This document shows, piece by piece, positions 62,337 through 64,000 of a DNA stretch of 64,000 nucleotides; position 1 is the stretch's first letter; each line of letters starts with the position of its first letter. The notes under the pieces are model-generated. The model saw only the letters and a program-made list of their open reading frames with translations. It made no database searches and had not been told where the DNA came from. Both the position numbers and the translations under genes were made by a program. The stretch comes from a virus, in the IMG/VR virus record IMGVR_UViG_3300010371_000036, positions 1-64,000 of that record; one strand, given 5' to 3'.

Positions 62337-63956
62337 TTATCGCGCGTACCAGGAGATCGACCTCGGGACGAGGTGATTCGGGGCCGCGGACGTGAGGGTG
62401 AAAGGATCCGACGCCGTGATCGTCGGCGTCGGGGGGACCGTCGGCGAGACCTGCTGCCTGTAGAGGTACGCGGCGGAGAGGACCTCCTGCCCCGCGTTCT
62501 CGACGACCCGGAGGAGGTTCGCGTCGAGGTCCGAAAACCAGATCTGCGACGTCGACGGGTGGCGGAAGGAACGGAAGAGGATGATCGGGCTCGGCGTCCA
62601 CTCCCCCGGGCCGAGGTTCGCGAACCCCGCGAGGACGGCGGCGAGGTAGTTCTCCTGCTTCACCGCCTGGGGGAAGATCGCCGGCCGGGGGAGGAGCGAG
62701 ATGATGTCCGGCGCAAGCGTCGGCCACGGCGTGTCGATCGTAAGGACGTACGCCCCGCTCGTCCCGGAGACGCCGATGACGGTCGCCGTATAGAGCTGCC
62801 AGTTGCTCGGCGAGATGTACGCGATGTGGCTGACCCCGACCTGCGGCGGCGTCGTCGCGTTGACCGTGAACTGGACCGAGCTCGCGACGGCCGTCACGAT
62901 GCACGGCGCCGTCCCCCCGACGCTCGAGGGCCAGGGCGAGCCGTCGAGCCAACCGCCGCCGGGGCCCGCCGGCTGCGCGGTCGGCGCCGCGGGGAGGGAG
63001 AGGAGGAACGCGACGTCGGTCGGCTGGTCGACCGAGGAGGCGCCGACGACGACGGCGCGCGCCGGGTACTGCCCCTGGACGTACGGGACCACCGTCCCGT
63101 TGATGAGCGCCGCCGGCAGGCTCCGGTTCTTGCTCGTCGAGGAGAGGACCCCCGCGGTCTGGGGGGCCGCCCAGACGACGAAGAAGACGCTCCCCGGCCC
63201 GAGGAGCGCCGGGTATACCCCCGCGTCCTGGACGTCCGGGGAGCTGTCCTGCGCCATCCGGACGACGTCGGACCAGTTCCCCGCGACCGGCGGGTTCTGG
63301 AGCCGCGAGTAGAGCCGCTGCCGCGGCGGCTCGTCCTCGAACGCCTCGCTGTCGTTCCCTCCCGAGAGCCCGTCCTCGCCCCCCGTCGTCCCGACGGTGA
63401 CGTTCGGCCCGACGTACGGGATGAGCGACACCCACGTGAGCACGTCGCCGTTCGCGTGGTCGGTCGCGACCCCGCCGTCGACCGACTGGACCGGGACGTA
63501 GAGGTTCGCCGGCTGCCCCGCCCCCGGGTTCCCCGGCCCGTAGGAGCCGCCGACGGTGACCTCGTACTTCAGGCCCGCCGAGTCGATGAGCTGCGCGTCG
63601 ACCGGGATGAGCGTGTACCCCTGCGTGAGGAGGTACGCCGGGAGGATGACGCCGGCGCTCGTCGTCGCGCCCCGGCGCTTCAGGAGGAAGAGGGCGAGCC
63701 ACCGGTCGAGGCTCGCGCCGCCGGCGGTGTCCGGCATCATGTCGTCGGTCGCGACGATCCCGTTCGCGAGGCCGACGCAGATCTCGTTCGCGAGCGCGTC
63801 GGCGATCCCGTAGTAGTCGCTCCCCGGCCCGACGTTCGGGTTCGCGATCCCGAGCGACCGGAGGTGATTCGAGACCGTCCGGAGGATGTCCGAGCGGATC
63901 TCCGGCTGCGACTTCGTCTGCTGCGTGAAGAGGGGGACGTTTCCGGCCTGGGTCAC
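62337..63956 (-). CDS. baseplate J/gp47-like protein
   Basis: PDTAGGASLDRW...LKRRGAT, GGNDSE, RLQNPPVAGNWSD, VYP...GPGSV. Confidence 0.85.
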   Translation of the reverse strand: MTQAGNVPLFTQQTKSQPEIRSDILRTVSNHLRSLGIANPNVGPGSDYYGIADALANEICVGLANGIVATDDMMPDTAGGASLDRWLALFLLKRRGATTSAGVILPAYLLTQGYTLIPVDAQLIDSAGLKYEVTVGGSYGPGNPGAGQPANLYVPVQSVDGGVATDHANGDVLTWVSLIPYVGPNVTVGTTGGEDGLSGGNDSEAFEDEPPRQRLYSRLQNPPVAGNWSDVVRMAQDSSPDVQDAGVYPALLGPGSVFFVVWAAPQTAGVLSSTSKNRSLPAALINGTVVPYVQGQYPARAVVVGASSVDQPTDVAFLLSLPAAPTAQPAGPGGGWLDGSPWPSSVGGTAPCIVTAVASSVQFTVNATTPPQVGVSHIAYISPSNWQLYTATVIGVSGTSGAYVLTIDTPWPTLAPDIISLLPRPAIFPQAVKQENYLAAVLAGFANLGPGEWTPSPIILFRSFRHPSTSQIWFSDLDANLLRVVENAGQEVLSAAYLYRQQVSPTVPPTPTITASDPFTLTSAAPNHLVPRSISWYAR

Positions 63957-64000
63957 GGTCTCACGCTCCGATCGTCGTCTGGACCGGCGCCCCGGTCGTC

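Noticed and set aside
1-64000. tRNA, rRNA, integrase/att site or diversity-generating retroelement
   Set aside because: None recognised by eye: no reverse transcriptase and no template/variable repeat pair. A tRNAscan/Infernal run is needed to exclude RNA genes.

Overview
The window is part of a very GC-rich tailed phage genome, probably a contractile-tailed myovirus. A myxobacterial host is a tentative inference. Almost all genes lie on the minus strand and are tightly coupled by GTGA/ATGA/TGATG overlaps, so many true starts are GTG codons well inside the ORF-track calls. From left to right: (1) an accessory region with a Gp88-like Cys-rich protein, a catalytically degenerate peptide deformylase, an FkbM methyltransferase, two multi-domain glycosyltransferases, HNH proteins and an MT-A70 methyltransferase; (2) a DNA-modification operon (ParB-like, overprinted chorismate mutase, C5-cytosine transferase with Arg in motif X, AsnB-like amidotransferase, CmoA-like carboxy-SAM synthase) that predicts carboxymethyl/carbamoylmethyl-cytosine; (3) a replication/recombination module (RuvC, SbcC/SbcD, UDG-like, RecA, SSB, PolB, sigma-like factor, intein-containing UvrD, primase, DnaB, intein-containing SF2 helicase); (4) a cluster of small genes with repeated promoter/operator cassettes and an Acb2/Tad1-like anti-defence gene; (5) a divergent non-coding region near 46.8-47.2 kb; and (6) lysin, tail fibre and baseplate genes. 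Three families of dispersed DNA signals overlay the genes: a 20-bp palindrome GACGGAACCCGGGTTCCGTC (15 copies, 9 inside CDSs, read in all three frames), a TTTGGACA-N4-TGTCCAAA operator/promoter cassette with a covarying leader hairpin (4 copies), and a CGCGGCA(T/A) motif upstream of start codons (17 copies found). All family assignments come from motifs recognised by eye; no database search was run.
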